Source: Acidobacteriota bacterium
GTDB taxonomy: Bacteria > Acidobacteriota > UBA6911 > RPQK01 > JADFOI01
Reading direction: 5' to 3'
Length of the DNA: 64,000 nucleotides
NCBI GenBank assembly: GCA_965218935.1
Contig: CBDCMH010000008.1
Span: forward strand, 117,229-181,228
The position numbers and the translations under genes were made by a program. Below, piece by piece: positions 18,155 through 27,699 of the stretch. Below the pieces are notes generated by a model, which ran no database searches, was not told the origin of the DNA, and worked only from the letters and a program-made list of their open reading frames with translations. Numbering within the stretch: position 1 is the stretch's first letter; each line of letters opens with the position of its first letter.

Positions 18155-18223
18155 GGGACGATTCTACCCACCACGTCAGGGCATCAAATTCACCCGCCGC
18201 AGCAGGTCGTGGAAGCGAGGGTC
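18155..18223. repeat. Dispersed hairpin repeat copy B (intact; AG core 18201-18202)
   Basis: Contains both halves seen flanking the IS1111 element, with imperfect arms gacga..ccacg / cgtgg..ggtc. Confidence 0.9.
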
Positions 18224-18230
18224 TGAAGCC

Positions 18231-19382
18231 TTAATCTGGGGAGGCGCTGGAGTTGAGAGGAACACAAACCTTGATCTGGGTGCCAACTGAGGGTTGGGAC
18301 TCGATCAAAAGCTCCCCACCTACAAGGCTGAGTCATTCCCGCATGCTAACAAAGCCCAATCCACCATCATTTCCCACAGACTCAGGACTAAATCCGACAC
18401 CTGAGTCGCAAACACGCAGGTGGAGCTTATCGGAACCTCCAGCCAACTCCACCTGGGCTGCCTGTACCTCACTATGCTTCAAAATGTTGGTCAGCGATTC
18501 CTGTAGGACTCGAAAAAGGCAGATTGAGACATCCGGTGGAATTGGGCTGGGAACACTGGTGTGGCTGAAGTCGATCTGAATACCCGAAGCTTTTGAAACC
18601 TCCATGCACAAGCTCCTGGATGCCGCCACCAGACCGACATGCTCAAGCGCGGAAGGGTGCAGTTGATGGGACAGATTGTGCACCTGGGATAAAACTCTCC
18701 TTATCTGTATTGTCAGTTCTTGCAGTCGCTCAGCCAACTCAGCCTGGGATTCGGGAGCCTTTTGATTCAGTTGTTCGATGTCAATCGATAAAAGCAACAG
18801 CTCCTGACTCAACTGATCATGGAGTTCCAATGCGATGCGTCGGCGCTCAGTCTCCTGTGACTGGATCAGGCGCCTGCTCAAAGCCAACAACTGTGTGTGT
18901 GCCTTGGACAGATCCTCAGTGCGTTCCGCGACTCGCAACTCCAAACTCTCATGGCTCCTTGCCAACTTTTCCTCCGTCTGCTTGCGCTCGGTGATGTCAT
19001 GGATGGCTAGAACCACAGTTTTGTCTTGCTCGTTAAGTTGAATACCTGCTGCCGTTATCTCCAAAATTGATCTACTAGCGCCCTTGGAGAACTCGTAAGT
19101 TCCATGGGCTTTGTCAGGACCTTTCAGCGCTCTAACCAGCGGGTGCTGCTCAGGAAGAAGGCCCCGACCCTCGTGCTCTATAGGGAGTAATTCAAACAGC
19201 CTGGCTCCCAAGATTCCAAGATGGGTCCGCCCGACTAAAAGATCAAACGAGGTATTACACCATTGAATACTTCCCTTCTCGTCGGTCCACACTATGGCGT
19301 CGTCGATAGCCCCAAGCCCTATCTCCACCTTGCCTAACGTTGCGCGAAGTTGGCTGATAAGGTCGGCTGATTCCGTAGTCAT
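18231..19382 (-). pseudogene. PAS + HisKA_3 sensor histidine kinase with in-frame TGA
   Basis: IALELHDQLSQ, RVLQESLTNILKH and DSGVGF motifs. After the TGA at 18333-18335 the frame continues LSLVGGELLIESQPSVGTQIKVCVPL to the TAA at 18231. Confidence 0.8.
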
Positions 19383-19759
19383 GGGCTGCCCCTGAGCGGA
19401 CGGATCATAGCCCCAAAAGCCCACTGATCTTCTTGGTGCTCGGCGATAATGTAGTGCTCGGCCTCAAACTCTTTACCATCTTTGGTGACTGCTTTGAGCT
19501 TGAGAGGCTGACCGAGCAACGTAGGTGTCCCAGTTAGGAGAAAGCGGGAAAAGCCGAGATTGTGTGCGTCATGTAGGTTCCTTGGGATAATCGTCGTCAA
19601 AGTTTTGCCAAGGATTTCGTCAGAGGTCCACCCAAAAACTAATTGAAAGGTTTCGTTTACGTAAGTAATGTAGCCTTCGCGATCTGCGATCACAACCGGC
19701 AAGTCGGTCTCACGCTTCATCTCATCGATTGTTTTCACGGGTTCTTTGTCGGAGATCAT
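19379..19759 (-). CDS. Stand-alone PAS-domain protein
   Basis: VVIADREGYITYVNETFQLVFGWTSDEILGK; ATGA-coupled to the kinase. Confidence 0.85.
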   Translation of the reverse strand: MISDKEPVKTIDEMKRETDLPVVIADREGYITYVNETFQLVFGWTSDEILGKTLTTIIPRNLHDAHNLGFSRFLLTGTPTLLGQPLKLKAVTKDGKEFEAEHYIIAEHQEDQWAFGAMIRPLRGSP

Positions 19760-19863
19760 TTGTATTTTCTCTGATGGTCGAGAGGTTGCTCCTTGTTCAT
19801 GAAGTTCCCCTCAAGTGTGTTTTTTGCAAATGTTAAACCAGAAAGGAGTTAAAGGAAAGAAGA

Positions 19864-21363
19864 CGAATTGCCTCATCAAAAATCTATTCGAAATGGATAC
19901 GTTGCCTCATTAAAAAATCTATTCGAAATTGCCTGGCCCTGAGCAGGGGAATAGAAGTGTCCTCCATGAAGGAATGGAGGGCACCAATGAGGTTAACGAT
20001 GGCAGAAAAGCGTGTATTGATCAAAAGTTTTGCCCCCCGCTACCGGAAGAAGGGCAAGAAGGTGAAGGGGGAAGTGTTGACGGAGTTTACCCAAATGACG
20101 GGCTACAACCGCTGCTATGGAGCCTATCTGCTTCGCCACCAGGGCAAGCGGATCCGGTTGAGCCCCAAGCTGGTGGCGGTAGGGGATATCGGCAAGAGAG
20201 TACGGCGAGAGCGGGCCCGCAAATACGACCAGAAAGTTCTAAAGGCGCTGACGATGATCTGGGAGATACTGGACTATTTGTGTGGCAAACGTCTGGTCGC
20301 GATTTTGCCGGAAGTGGTACCCATTTTACAAAGACATGGGGAACTGAAAGTGGATGCCAGCACCCATGAGCGGTTGATGCAGATCAGCGCCGCCACCATC
20401 GATCGGCTGCTGGAGCCCGAAAGGTGCAAGCACCGTCTCAAAGGACGATCCGGAACCAAGCCGGGAACGCTGCTCAAACACCAGATTCCGATCAAGCGTT
20501 TCGCCGACTGGCAGGAGGATCGCCCCGGTTTTGTGGAAGTGGACCTGGTGGGCCATGAGGGAGGCCAGGGTCGGGGGGACTACCTTCAAACCCTGGATGT
20601 GACGGACGTGTACACGGGCTGGACAGAGGTCCGAGCGGTGCGCAATAAGGCCCAGGTGTGGGTCCTGGAAGCGATGAAGCTGCTTCAGAAACGCTCGCCC
20701 TTCCCTTGGCTGGGGATGGCTTCGGACAACGGCAGCGAGTTCATCAACAAGCACTTGATTCGTTTTTGTGAGCAGGAAAAGATCAGCTTCAGCCGAACCC
20801 GCCCCTCGCGCAAGAATGACAACCCTTATGTGGAGCAGAAAAACTATTCGGTGGTTCGGCGGGCCGTGGGTTATGCTCGCTACGAGGGAGAGCGAGAACA
20901 GGAGCTGGTGAACGAGTTGTACGATCGGCTGCGACTGCAGATCAACTTTTTCAAGCCGGTCATGAAGATGGTGGCCAAGCAACGTCGAGGGTCTCGGATC
21001 TGGAAAAAGTATGATGTGCCGAAAACTCCCTACCGGAGGATCTGCGAGTCCCCTGAGGTGGCGGACAAGATCAAGCGGGAACTGGCCCGAGAGTATGAGA
21101 AGCTCAATCCGGCCCAGCTGGCACGGCAGATCGGCTGGCTTCAGAATTGCCTTTTGCTCAAACCGACTCCTGAGCAGAAGAAACGATGGGAAGCGGGCTG
21201 GATGTGAAAATCTTTCTCTTGCTGCAGGCTGCGGGTGTTGGGCAAGGGGTTGCCACTCCTCTGGTTGGTGCTTTTTACCACCACTTTTTGCAATCCCTTT
21301 CGGATAGATTCTTAGTGAGGCAACGAATACCCTTTGGAATAGATTTTTACGTGAGGCAACGGG
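19864..21363 (+). mobile_element. Unclassified DDE (rve-core) IS, 1,500 bp, copy 1
   Basis: Ends CGAATTGCCTCA / TGAGGCAACGGG, with a tandem pair of about 22-bp motifs at each end. 5-bp TSD GAAGA (19859-19863; 21364-21368). Confidence 0.9.
19957..21207 (+). CDS. DDE transposase, 416 aa
   Basis: EVDLVGH, SDNGSEF and NDNPYVEQKN catalytic motifs. Confidence 0.9.
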   Translation: MSSMKEWRAPMRLTMAEKRVLIKSFAPRYRKKGKKVKGEVLTEFTQMTGYNRCYGAYLLRHQGKRIRLSPKLVAVGDIGKRVRRERARKYDQKVLKALTMIWEILDYLCGKRLVAILPEVVPILQRHGELKVDASTHERLMQISAATIDRLLEPERCKHRLKGRSGTKPGTLLKHQIPIKRFADWQEDRPGFVEVDLVGHEGGQGRGDYLQTLDVTDVYTGWTEVRAVRNKAQVWVLEAMKLLQKRSPFPWLGMASDNGSEFINKHLIRFCEQEKISFSRTRPSRKNDNPYVEQKNYSVVRRAVGYARYEGEREQELVNELYDRLRLQINFFKPVMKMVAKQRRGSRIWKKYDVPKTPYRRICESPEVADKIKRELAREYEKLNPAQLARQIGWLQNCLLLKPTPEQKKRWEAGWM

Positions 21364-21426
21364 GAAGAAGTCCCCAGCCCTTTTTTTGCTCAAGATCTGC
21401 ACCCTATCTGCACCCAGGAGTTTTTT

Positions 21427-21756
21427 CTACTTTGCAGGAAGCGACAAAGCATAAGTAATACCTAGACTTACCCAGTTTTCAAGGTCGGTGTCTGTTTCAT
21501 AGCCTGGCAAGCCCACCATGACCCAGCCCGTCATGGGGCGACCCGTGAAATCGAACTCTTTGGTATGGGGTTGTGCGAGTGCCTCCGGGTAGCGGTCGGG
21601 TCCGACGCGAACGATGAGGGAATTGTGAAGCACCCCACATACCATGTTGCCCTGGGCCATAAACCCGATTCCTCCGAACATCTGCTTTTCCAAAAGATCG
21701 GGATGATCGCTGAGGCTCTCACGGATGCGTTGCGCTAACCTTTCATCGTAGGCCAT
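21427..21756 (-). CDS. TfoX/Sxy N-terminal family protein
   Basis: EKQMFGGIGFM..GNM.CGV..GRPMTGWV. Confidence 0.85.
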   Translation of the reverse strand: MAYDERLAQRIRESLSDHPDLLEKQMFGGIGFMAQGNMVCGVLHNSLIVRVGPDRYPEALAQPHTKEFDFTGRPMTGWVMVGLPGYETDTDLENWVSLGITYALSLPAK

Positions 21757-21843
21757 GGGGTTTTCCGGCCTTCAATCTACTACAGTCTGCAGCCTAAATG
21801 AAGGCCGGATCCAGCAACCACAGCGGTCCCTATTCTTTTCGTG

Positions 21844-22254
21844 TCACCGACCGCACATGTCCGTGTAGGCACTCTGCAATACCCCGATGTCGGACACGCA
21901 GGCCGGGAATTGGTCAGTGTTCACAGGTAATTCAAGGCCTGGTGTCGTGAATGTATATCCGGAAGAGAGGCGAACATCAGCACCACAGGTTCCTCCAAAC
22001 GAGGAGGCAGGATCGGAGGTGAGAAAGAATAATGAGTCCTGCTGGGTGGACAAGTTGTTATTCCAAGTATTCACCGTTACACCCAGGGATATTAATGATG
22101 ACACGGGCGTACTAGGGGCGATATCGCAGGTTATACAACCGTCGAATGTCCCGTTGCACATGGGTATGCCGGACGGTAGGATTTGGGTTTGACCGGTCCA
22201 GAACTGGGCGTCGAAATTGCAGGGGCAGCTGCCTTGTGAAGGCTGGGGTGTAGT
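21844..22254 (-). pseudogene. 5'-truncated Cys-containing secreted-type protein
   Basis: The frame stays open upstream of ATG 22161 (TTPQPSQGSCPCNFDAQFWTGQ...) right up to the palindromic element. Confidence 0.5.
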
Positions 22255-22422
22255 TGTATCCCGTCAGCGAAAGTGGGACACATAGGGCCGAGAGTTAAGA
22301 GAGAGTTGGAAGGTTTGAGGGGGTGAGATCTCACCCCCTCAAACCTTCCAACTCTCTCTTAACTCTCGATCCATCCTCATCAATAGAGGCCCTATGTGTC
22401 CCACTTTCGCTGACGGGATACA
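22255..22422. mobile_element. 168-bp foldback element derived from the IS end at 42822
   Basis: Perfect 35-bp terminal IRs (TGTATCCCG...), an 80-bp perfect palindrome at 22289-22368, and a first 89 bp identical to 42822-42910. Confidence 0.85.
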
Positions 22423-22490
22423 GTCACTGTAAACAAAGATTATATATTCTATTAGCGAAGGAAGGTTCGGTGGATCGGCGCGGGTAGCGG

Positions 22491-23459
22491 TTAGCGATCC
22501 GACCCTTCTGAGCCCAGCCAGGTATATTTCTTGCGATGGTAGATCCTGCCGGTGGCCTGGGTGCAAACGACTTCTATGCTACGGAATTTTTTCTCAGAGG
22601 AAGCGGGAGGTCGAAAAGTTAAAACGTATTGGCTCTTGAGCTCTTCCGCCACCTGCAGATAAGTGCTTCGGAGATCTTCCAGCTTTTCCGGAAAGAACAC
22701 TCGACCGCCCGTAGCCTCGGCCAAATGAGATAGAGAGGTTTCTTTCTCTCGAAAGTAAATATCAATGAAGTCCTTTTCTTCGCGGAGCATGTTCTTCATC
22801 ACCTGATTGAGAAAATCGGCCCGTTCGCTTTGTTGAATCTTGGGCTGGACCAGTCGTGTGCGGCTCACGATGTAAAGTGCAATATCGGATTCGATCAAAA
22901 GGTTCAGGACATCATCAAAGGTGGAACGGCTTTCGTTATCCAGCCCGTCCGTGAGAACGATGATGACTTTTTTTCCCGGCACCTGGACCAGTTGTTCACG
23001 GGCTATAGAAGCCAGTGCATCGTAAAGTGCCGTTCGATAGCCACGCTCAAGGTGCTCGAGTGATTTGCGAAGTTTCCTGATGTCACGGGTCCAATTCTGT
23101 AGGAGTTCCAGCTGGTCCGAAAAGGAAACGATGGCAATTCGGTCCTCCCGGCCGAAGGATTGGGCGAACTGCAGGGCTGCTTCCTGGATTTCTTCCAGTT
23201 CCTCGCCCAGACTGCTGCTGACATCGAGCAGGAGAATGACATGAATGGCGGTTTTATCGAGGAGGAAGTTTTCGATGGGACGAGGGTCATTCTCATCCAG
23301 AAGGATGAACTGCTCCTGGGTCAGGTTGGAGAGAATTCGACCGTTGGCGTCAAAAACACTGACCGGAACTTTGACGTAGTCGGCCTTGATCTGAAACGAG
23401 GGTGGCTCTTGAGCGAGAAGCAGAGGACAAAAGAGAAAAAGCCAGGCCAGGCGAAGCAT
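22491..23459 (-). CDS. VWA-domain protein (Acidobacterial type)
   Basis: Signal peptide, LLDVSSS MIDAS, TALYD, TDG.D, ELKSQYVL. Confidence 0.9.
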   Translation of the reverse strand: MLRLAWLFLFCPLLLAQEPPSFQIKADYVKVPVSVFDANGRILSNLTQEQFILLDENDPRPIENFLLDKTAIHVILLLDVSSSLGEELEEIQEAALQFAQSFGREDRIAIVSFSDQLELLQNWTRDIRKLRKSLEHLERGYRTALYDALASIAREQLVQVPGKKVIIVLTDGLDNESRSTFDDVLNLLIESDIALYIVSRTRLVQPKIQQSERADFLNQVMKNMLREEKDFIDIYFREKETSLSHLAEATGGRVFFPEKLEDLRSTYLQVAEELKSQYVLTFRPPASSEKKFRSIEVVCTQATGRIYHRKKYTWLGSEGSDR

Positions 23460-23493
23460 AGCCCTATTATAGTACCAATCCCATCTCTGGACG

Positions 23494-23613
23494 AGCCTGG
23501 ATCATTCATAGGCTGTCGTAGTGAAGCGGCGGAAGCGCCGGCGGGACAAGGCGCAACGCAGTCCGGTCGGATGATCCCGCCGCTGTAGCAGACCGTTTAT
23601 GAATAGTCCGGGC
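23494..23613. repeat. About 120-bp MITE-like intergenic repeat
   Basis: Imperfect terminal IR agcctggatcattcata / tatgaatagtccgggct with internal caaggcgcaacgcag. Confidence 0.6.
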
Positions 23614-23646
23614 TAAAGGGCAAAAGCTGCTCAGGCGGCGAAAAGA

Positions 23647-25122
23647 TTACGGATCCCATCTGAGAATGGGGGAGCGGGCGGCACGAACTTCGTCCAGACG
23701 GGTCAGCTTGGCCGTGGTCGGAGCCGTGGTGAGCTTTTCCGGGTCTTCCTCGGCCTCACGGCTGATGGCAATCATGGCATCGATGAAGGCATCCAATTCC
23801 TCTTTGCCGTGGCTCTCGGTGGGCTCGATCATGAGCGCGCCCTGGACGATTAGAGGGAAATAAGTAGTGGGGGGATGAAAGCCGTAGTCGATGAGTCTTT
23901 TGGCGATGTCCAGTGTCGTCACTCCCTTTTCGCTCTGTCTCTTGTCGGAGAAGACGACCTCATGCAGGATCGGCGTGTCGTAGGGAAGGTCGTAGTACTC
24001 TTCCAGCCGCCGTCGGACATAATTGGCGCTTAGCACGGCCATTTCGCTCAATTCCTGAAGCCCTTCTCGACCACAGCTGAGGATGTAACAAAGGGCCCGA
24101 ACCGCCATCCCGAAATTGCCATGAAAACCATGGACGCGACCGATGCTTTCGGGCTTGTCAGAGTTGAGCCGATACAGTTCCCCCTCTTGTTCCACCCGGG
24201 GCACAGGCAAGTATGGGGCTAGATGTTCCTTGCAGGCCACGGGACCGCTGCCGGGACCTCCCCCGCCGTGAGGGGTGGAAAACGTCTTGTGCAGATTAAG
24301 GTGAAGCACATCGATTCCCATCTCGCCCGGGCAGGCATAGCCCATTAAGGCGTTGAAATTGGCGCCGTCCATATAGATGAGGCCACCTTTCTGGTGGACA
24401 ATCTGTGCGACCTCCTCGATGTGGGTTTCAAAAATCCCCATGGTATTGGGGTTGGTCAGCATCAGACAGGCCACGTCCTTGCTCATTTTCTCGGCCAGCA
24501 CCTGGACGTCGATTCTGCCCTTCTCATCGGAAGGAATGGAGATCACCTCATATCCAGCCAATACGGCGCTGGCCGGATTGGTTCCGTGAGCCGAGTCGGG
24601 AATGAGGACGTATTTTCGAGGCTCCCCTTTCTGAGCAATATGATGGGCGCGGACCATCAGGATACCGGTCAATTCCGCCTGCGCTCCTCCGGCTGGCTGC
24701 AGACTCACGGCATCCATGGCGGTCAATTCCTTAAGGTGCTCTTGAAGCTTGAAGAGAATTTCCAGGCTCCCCTGGCTGTGCTGTTCCTCTTGAAGGGGAT
24801 GGGTCAAGGCGATACTGGGAATACGGGAGACTCGTTCGTTGAGCTTGGGATTGTACTTCATGGTGCAGGAGCCCAACGGGTACATGCCCAGATCGATGTG
24901 GTAGTTCCAGGTGGAGAGTCGGGTGTAGTGGCGAATCAGTTCCACTTCGCTGACCTCGGGAAATCCACGGACCTCTGACCGTAGATATTTGGAGTCCAGG
25001 ATCTCCTCCACCGGGACATCTTCAACGTCCAGCTGAGGGAGGGTATAGGCGGATTTACCCGGAGCTGATCTCTCAAAAATCAGGGGCTCGTTTAGATTAA
25101 AGGTGACCGAAGTTCGTGTCAT
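23647..25122 (-). CDS. gcvPB: Glycine dehydrogenase subunit 2
   Basis: YPLGSCTMKYNPK and LNLHKTFSTPHGGGGPG (PLP Lys). ATG 25122 overlaps the gcvPA stop. Confidence 0.95.
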   Translation of the reverse strand: MTRTSVTFNLNEPLIFERSAPGKSAYTLPQLDVEDVPVEEILDSKYLRSEVRGFPEVSEVELIRHYTRLSTWNYHIDLGMYPLGSCTMKYNPKLNERVSRIPSIALTHPLQEEQHSQGSLEILFKLQEHLKELTAMDAVSLQPAGGAQAELTGILMVRAHHIAQKGEPRKYVLIPDSAHGTNPASAVLAGYEVISIPSDEKGRIDVQVLAEKMSKDVACLMLTNPNTMGIFETHIEEVAQIVHQKGGLIYMDGANFNALMGYACPGEMGIDVLHLNLHKTFSTPHGGGGPGSGPVACKEHLAPYLPVPRVEQEGELYRLNSDKPESIGRVHGFHGNFGMAVRALCYILSCGREGLQELSEMAVLSANYVRRRLEEYYDLPYDTPILHEVVFSDKRQSEKGVTTLDIAKRLIDYGFHPPTTYFPLIVQGALMIEPTESHGKEELDAFIDAMIAISREAEEDPEKLTTAPTTAKLTRLDEVRAARSPILRWDP

Positions 25123-26462
25123 AATGTTACTTTTACGCTTTTCAAGACTTCTGCAAGGCGCTCTATTTTTTCCAGACTGTTCTGCTCGGTCACGCAAACC
25201 AGCATCTGATTGGAGCGCTCAGGAAAATACCTCCCCAAAGGAAGACCTCCGATGATCCCCTCGCCCACCAGCTGGCGATTGATTTCAGCCGGGTCTTCGG
25301 TGCAGTCCATCACCATTTCGTTGAAAGTGGCACCGGAAAATACCAGGGAATCACCCAGGAGTTTTCGTAAATGAAAGGCCTTCTTGAGGTTTTGTTCCGC
25401 CAACTCTCGAATGCCCCGCTTACCTAAAACCGACAGGAAAACGGCAGCAATTAAAGCACACAGGCCTTGATTCGTGCAGATATTGGAGGTCGCCTTCTGA
25501 CGGCGGATGTGCTGCTCACGAGTGGCCAGCGTCAGGACGTAGCCCTGCCGCCCTTCGCCATCGACGGTTTGACCTACCAACCGTCCCGGCATCTGGCGCT
25601 TGTACTTGTCTTTGCTGGCAAAAAGTCCCAGATAGGGTCCTCCAAATCCCAAGGGGATGCCCAGGGACTGTCCTTCTCCTACCACGATGTCTGCTCCCAG
25701 TTCCCCCGGGGGCTTGAGGAGACCCAGTGAGAGTGCCTCGCTCACCACCACGACGGACAAGGCGCCCGCCTTTTGGCTCAGACGAATGGCCTCTTCCACC
25801 TCATCCAGGACCCCAAAGAAGTTGGGAGACTGAATCACCACGGCGGCATGATCTTCGCTCAAGAGCTGTTCCAGACCTTCGACATCAATGCATCCCGATT
25901 CGGTGAAAGGGAACTCCTGGAGCTGGATGTCCAGGTTGCCCGCATAGGTTTCCAAGACCCGCCGGTACTCGGGGTGTACGCTTTGGGCAACCAGGACCTT
26001 CCTTCTCCTGGTGGTTCGAACGGCCATGAGCACTCCCTCCGCCAGCGCGCTGCTTCCGTCATACAGGCTGGCGTTGGCAACCTCCATTCCTGTGAGCTGA
26101 CAGATGAGGGTCTGGAACTCAAAGGTAGCCTGCAGTGTTCCCTGGCTGACCTCGGGCTGATAAGGGGTATAGCAGGTGTAGAACTCGGATCGGGAAATGA
26201 CCGAGTCAATCAGGGTGGGGAGAAAGTGATTGTAAGCTCCCGCTCCCAGAAAATACTCGAATTTGTCAGCGGAGGCGTTTTTTTCACCCAGCGACCTGAA
26301 ATACTTGAGGATGTCCGTTTCTGAGGCGGCCTCCGGAATGTCCAGGCTTTTGCTGAGCCTGAGATTCTCGGGAATAGCGGCGAAGAGATCTTCCACTCGA
26401 TCCACTCCGGTGGCCTTCAACATCAGCCGCTTTTCTTCCGGTGTGATCGAAACGTAGCGCAT
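25119..26462 (-). CDS. gcvPA: Glycine dehydrogenase subunit 1
   Basis: YTPYQPEVSQG, TREQHIRR.KATSNICTN. Confidence 0.95.
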   Translation of the reverse strand: MRYVSITPEEKRLMLKATGVDRVEDLFAAIPENLRLSKSLDIPEAASETDILKYFRSLGEKNASADKFEYFLGAGAYNHFLPTLIDSVISRSEFYTCYTPYQPEVSQGTLQATFEFQTLICQLTGMEVANASLYDGSSALAEGVLMAVRTTRRRKVLVAQSVHPEYRRVLETYAGNLDIQLQEFPFTESGCIDVEGLEQLLSEDHAAVVIQSPNFFGVLDEVEEAIRLSQKAGALSVVVVSEALSLGLLKPPGELGADIVVGEGQSLGIPLGFGGPYLGLFASKDKYKRQMPGRLVGQTVDGEGRQGYVLTLATREQHIRRQKATSNICTNQGLCALIAAVFLSVLGKRGIRELAEQNLKKAFHLRKLLGDSLVFSGATFNEMVMDCTEDPAEINRQLVGEGIIGGLPLGRYFPERSNQMLVCVTEQNSLEKIERLAEVLKSVKVTL

Positions 26463-26465
26463 CGA

Positions 26466-26858
26466 CTACTCCTGGGCCTCTTCCTCGACGTATTCGGAAT
26501 ATTCCTGGGAAGACATGAGGGTCTCCAGCTCTGCTGGGTTTTCCACATGGATACGAATAATCCAACCTTCGCCGTAAGGGTCGTCGTTGATTTTTTCAGG
26601 ATTGTCCAGCAACGACTCGTTGGCTTCCACGATTTTCCCGGAGACCGGAGTGTAGACTTCCGAAACAGCCTTCACCGATTCCACGGAACCAAACGCGTCG
26701 TTAGCGTTGAAGGTCGCTCCTACTTCTGGAAGCTCAGCGAACACCACGTCGCCCAATTCCTTTTGAGCGTACTCGGTAATCCCAATGGTGGCAACGTCAC
26801 TTTCCCTCTGGATCCACTCGTGTTCCTTGCTGTACAAAAGATCATCCGGAGCATCCAT
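26466..26858 (-). CDS. gcvH: Glycine cleavage H protein
   Basis: VESVKAVSE lipoyl Lys motif. Confidence 0.95.
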   Translation of the reverse strand: MDAPDDLLYSKEHEWIQRESDVATIGITEYAQKELGDVVFAELPEVGATFNANDAFGSVESVKAVSEVYTPVSGKIVEANESLLDNPEKINDDPYGEGWIIRIHVENPAELETLMSSQEYSEYVEEEAQE

Positions 26859-26961
26859 CTTTTACCATCCTCTCGTCTTGATCAAGGGATCATTGAACAT
26901 GTCCAACAGCATGTCAAAACCGTCAGTTCTTTTATCCCAAGTCGAGAATTGAATCAAGGGG

Positions 26962-26989
26962 GACCACAGACCACAGACCACAGACCGCA
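26962..26989. repeat. Heptamer tandem repeat (GACCACA)x3 + GACCGCA
   Basis: Direct reading; the same unit occurs inverted at 53688-53701. Confidence 0.85.
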
Positions 26990-27062
26990 GAGGAGAAAGA
27001 AGAAGTCAGGAGACAAAATCCACGAAGATCCGTGCTTGTGAAACCTGAAGCTTGGAGGGTGT

Positions 27063-27557
27063 GTGAAGTGCTCTTCCGACCAGACCTTCGTGATATATAG
27101 GAAGTCAGAGATGAATGGAACCCCGGAAATGAAGATCGAGGAAGTGACTGAAGTGAGTGGGGAATTGGTGGAGGCCTTTGCCCGGTTAACTCCGGAGCTG
27201 AGTCGTTCGGCACCCCCTCCCGGAGAGCGGGAGTTGGAGCGGATTGTTCAATCGAATGCCACCCGCTTGCTGATCGCTAGAATGGAGGGTGCTATCGTGG
27301 GTAGCCTGACCCTGGTTTTAATCCCGATTCCCACAGGCTTGCGTGCATGGATTGAGGACGTGGTCGTTGATGAGGCCGCTCGGGGGCAGGGAATTGGAGC
27401 AGCTCTGAATCAGGAAGCTTTGAAGGTGGCTCGAGATCAGGGTGCCCAAACGGTGGATTTAACTTCCCGGCCCAGCCGGGAAGCAGCAAACCGTCTCTAT
27501 CGGCGCTTGGGATTCAAGCAACGAGAAACGAATGTCTACCGGTATTCGTTCGAGTGA
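27063..27557 (+). CDS. GNAT acetyltransferase
   Basis: WIEDVVVDEAARGQGIG, ANRLYRRLGF; the true start is probably near 27111-27129. Confidence 0.9.
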   Translation: MKCSSDQTFVIYRKSEMNGTPEMKIEEVTEVSGELVEAFARLTPELSRSAPPPGERELERIVQSNATRLLIARMEGAIVGSLTLVLIPIPTGLRAWIEDVVVDEAARGQGIGAALNQEALKVARDQGAQTVDLTSRPSREAANRLYRRLGFKQRETNVYRYSFE

Positions 27558-27699
27558 AGTGATGCCAACAAGATCGCTCTATGATCGATCAACTCGCCGG
27601 CGGGGTGGAGCTGACTAAGAGGCCGGCCTGGCCGGCTCCGAAGACGATGTCGTCAAGGGGGGTTGCTTGCGTACCTGAGCCCTTTTGCAATATGGGGGG

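Noticed and set aside
18155-18223. Canonical integron attC site
   Set aside because: It lacks RYYYAAC/GTTRRRY ends on either strand and no intI is in the window; kept only as an unclassified repeat.
18333-18335. Selenocysteine readthrough in the kinase
   Set aside because: The position corresponds to Arg, not Cys, and no convincing SECIS follows.
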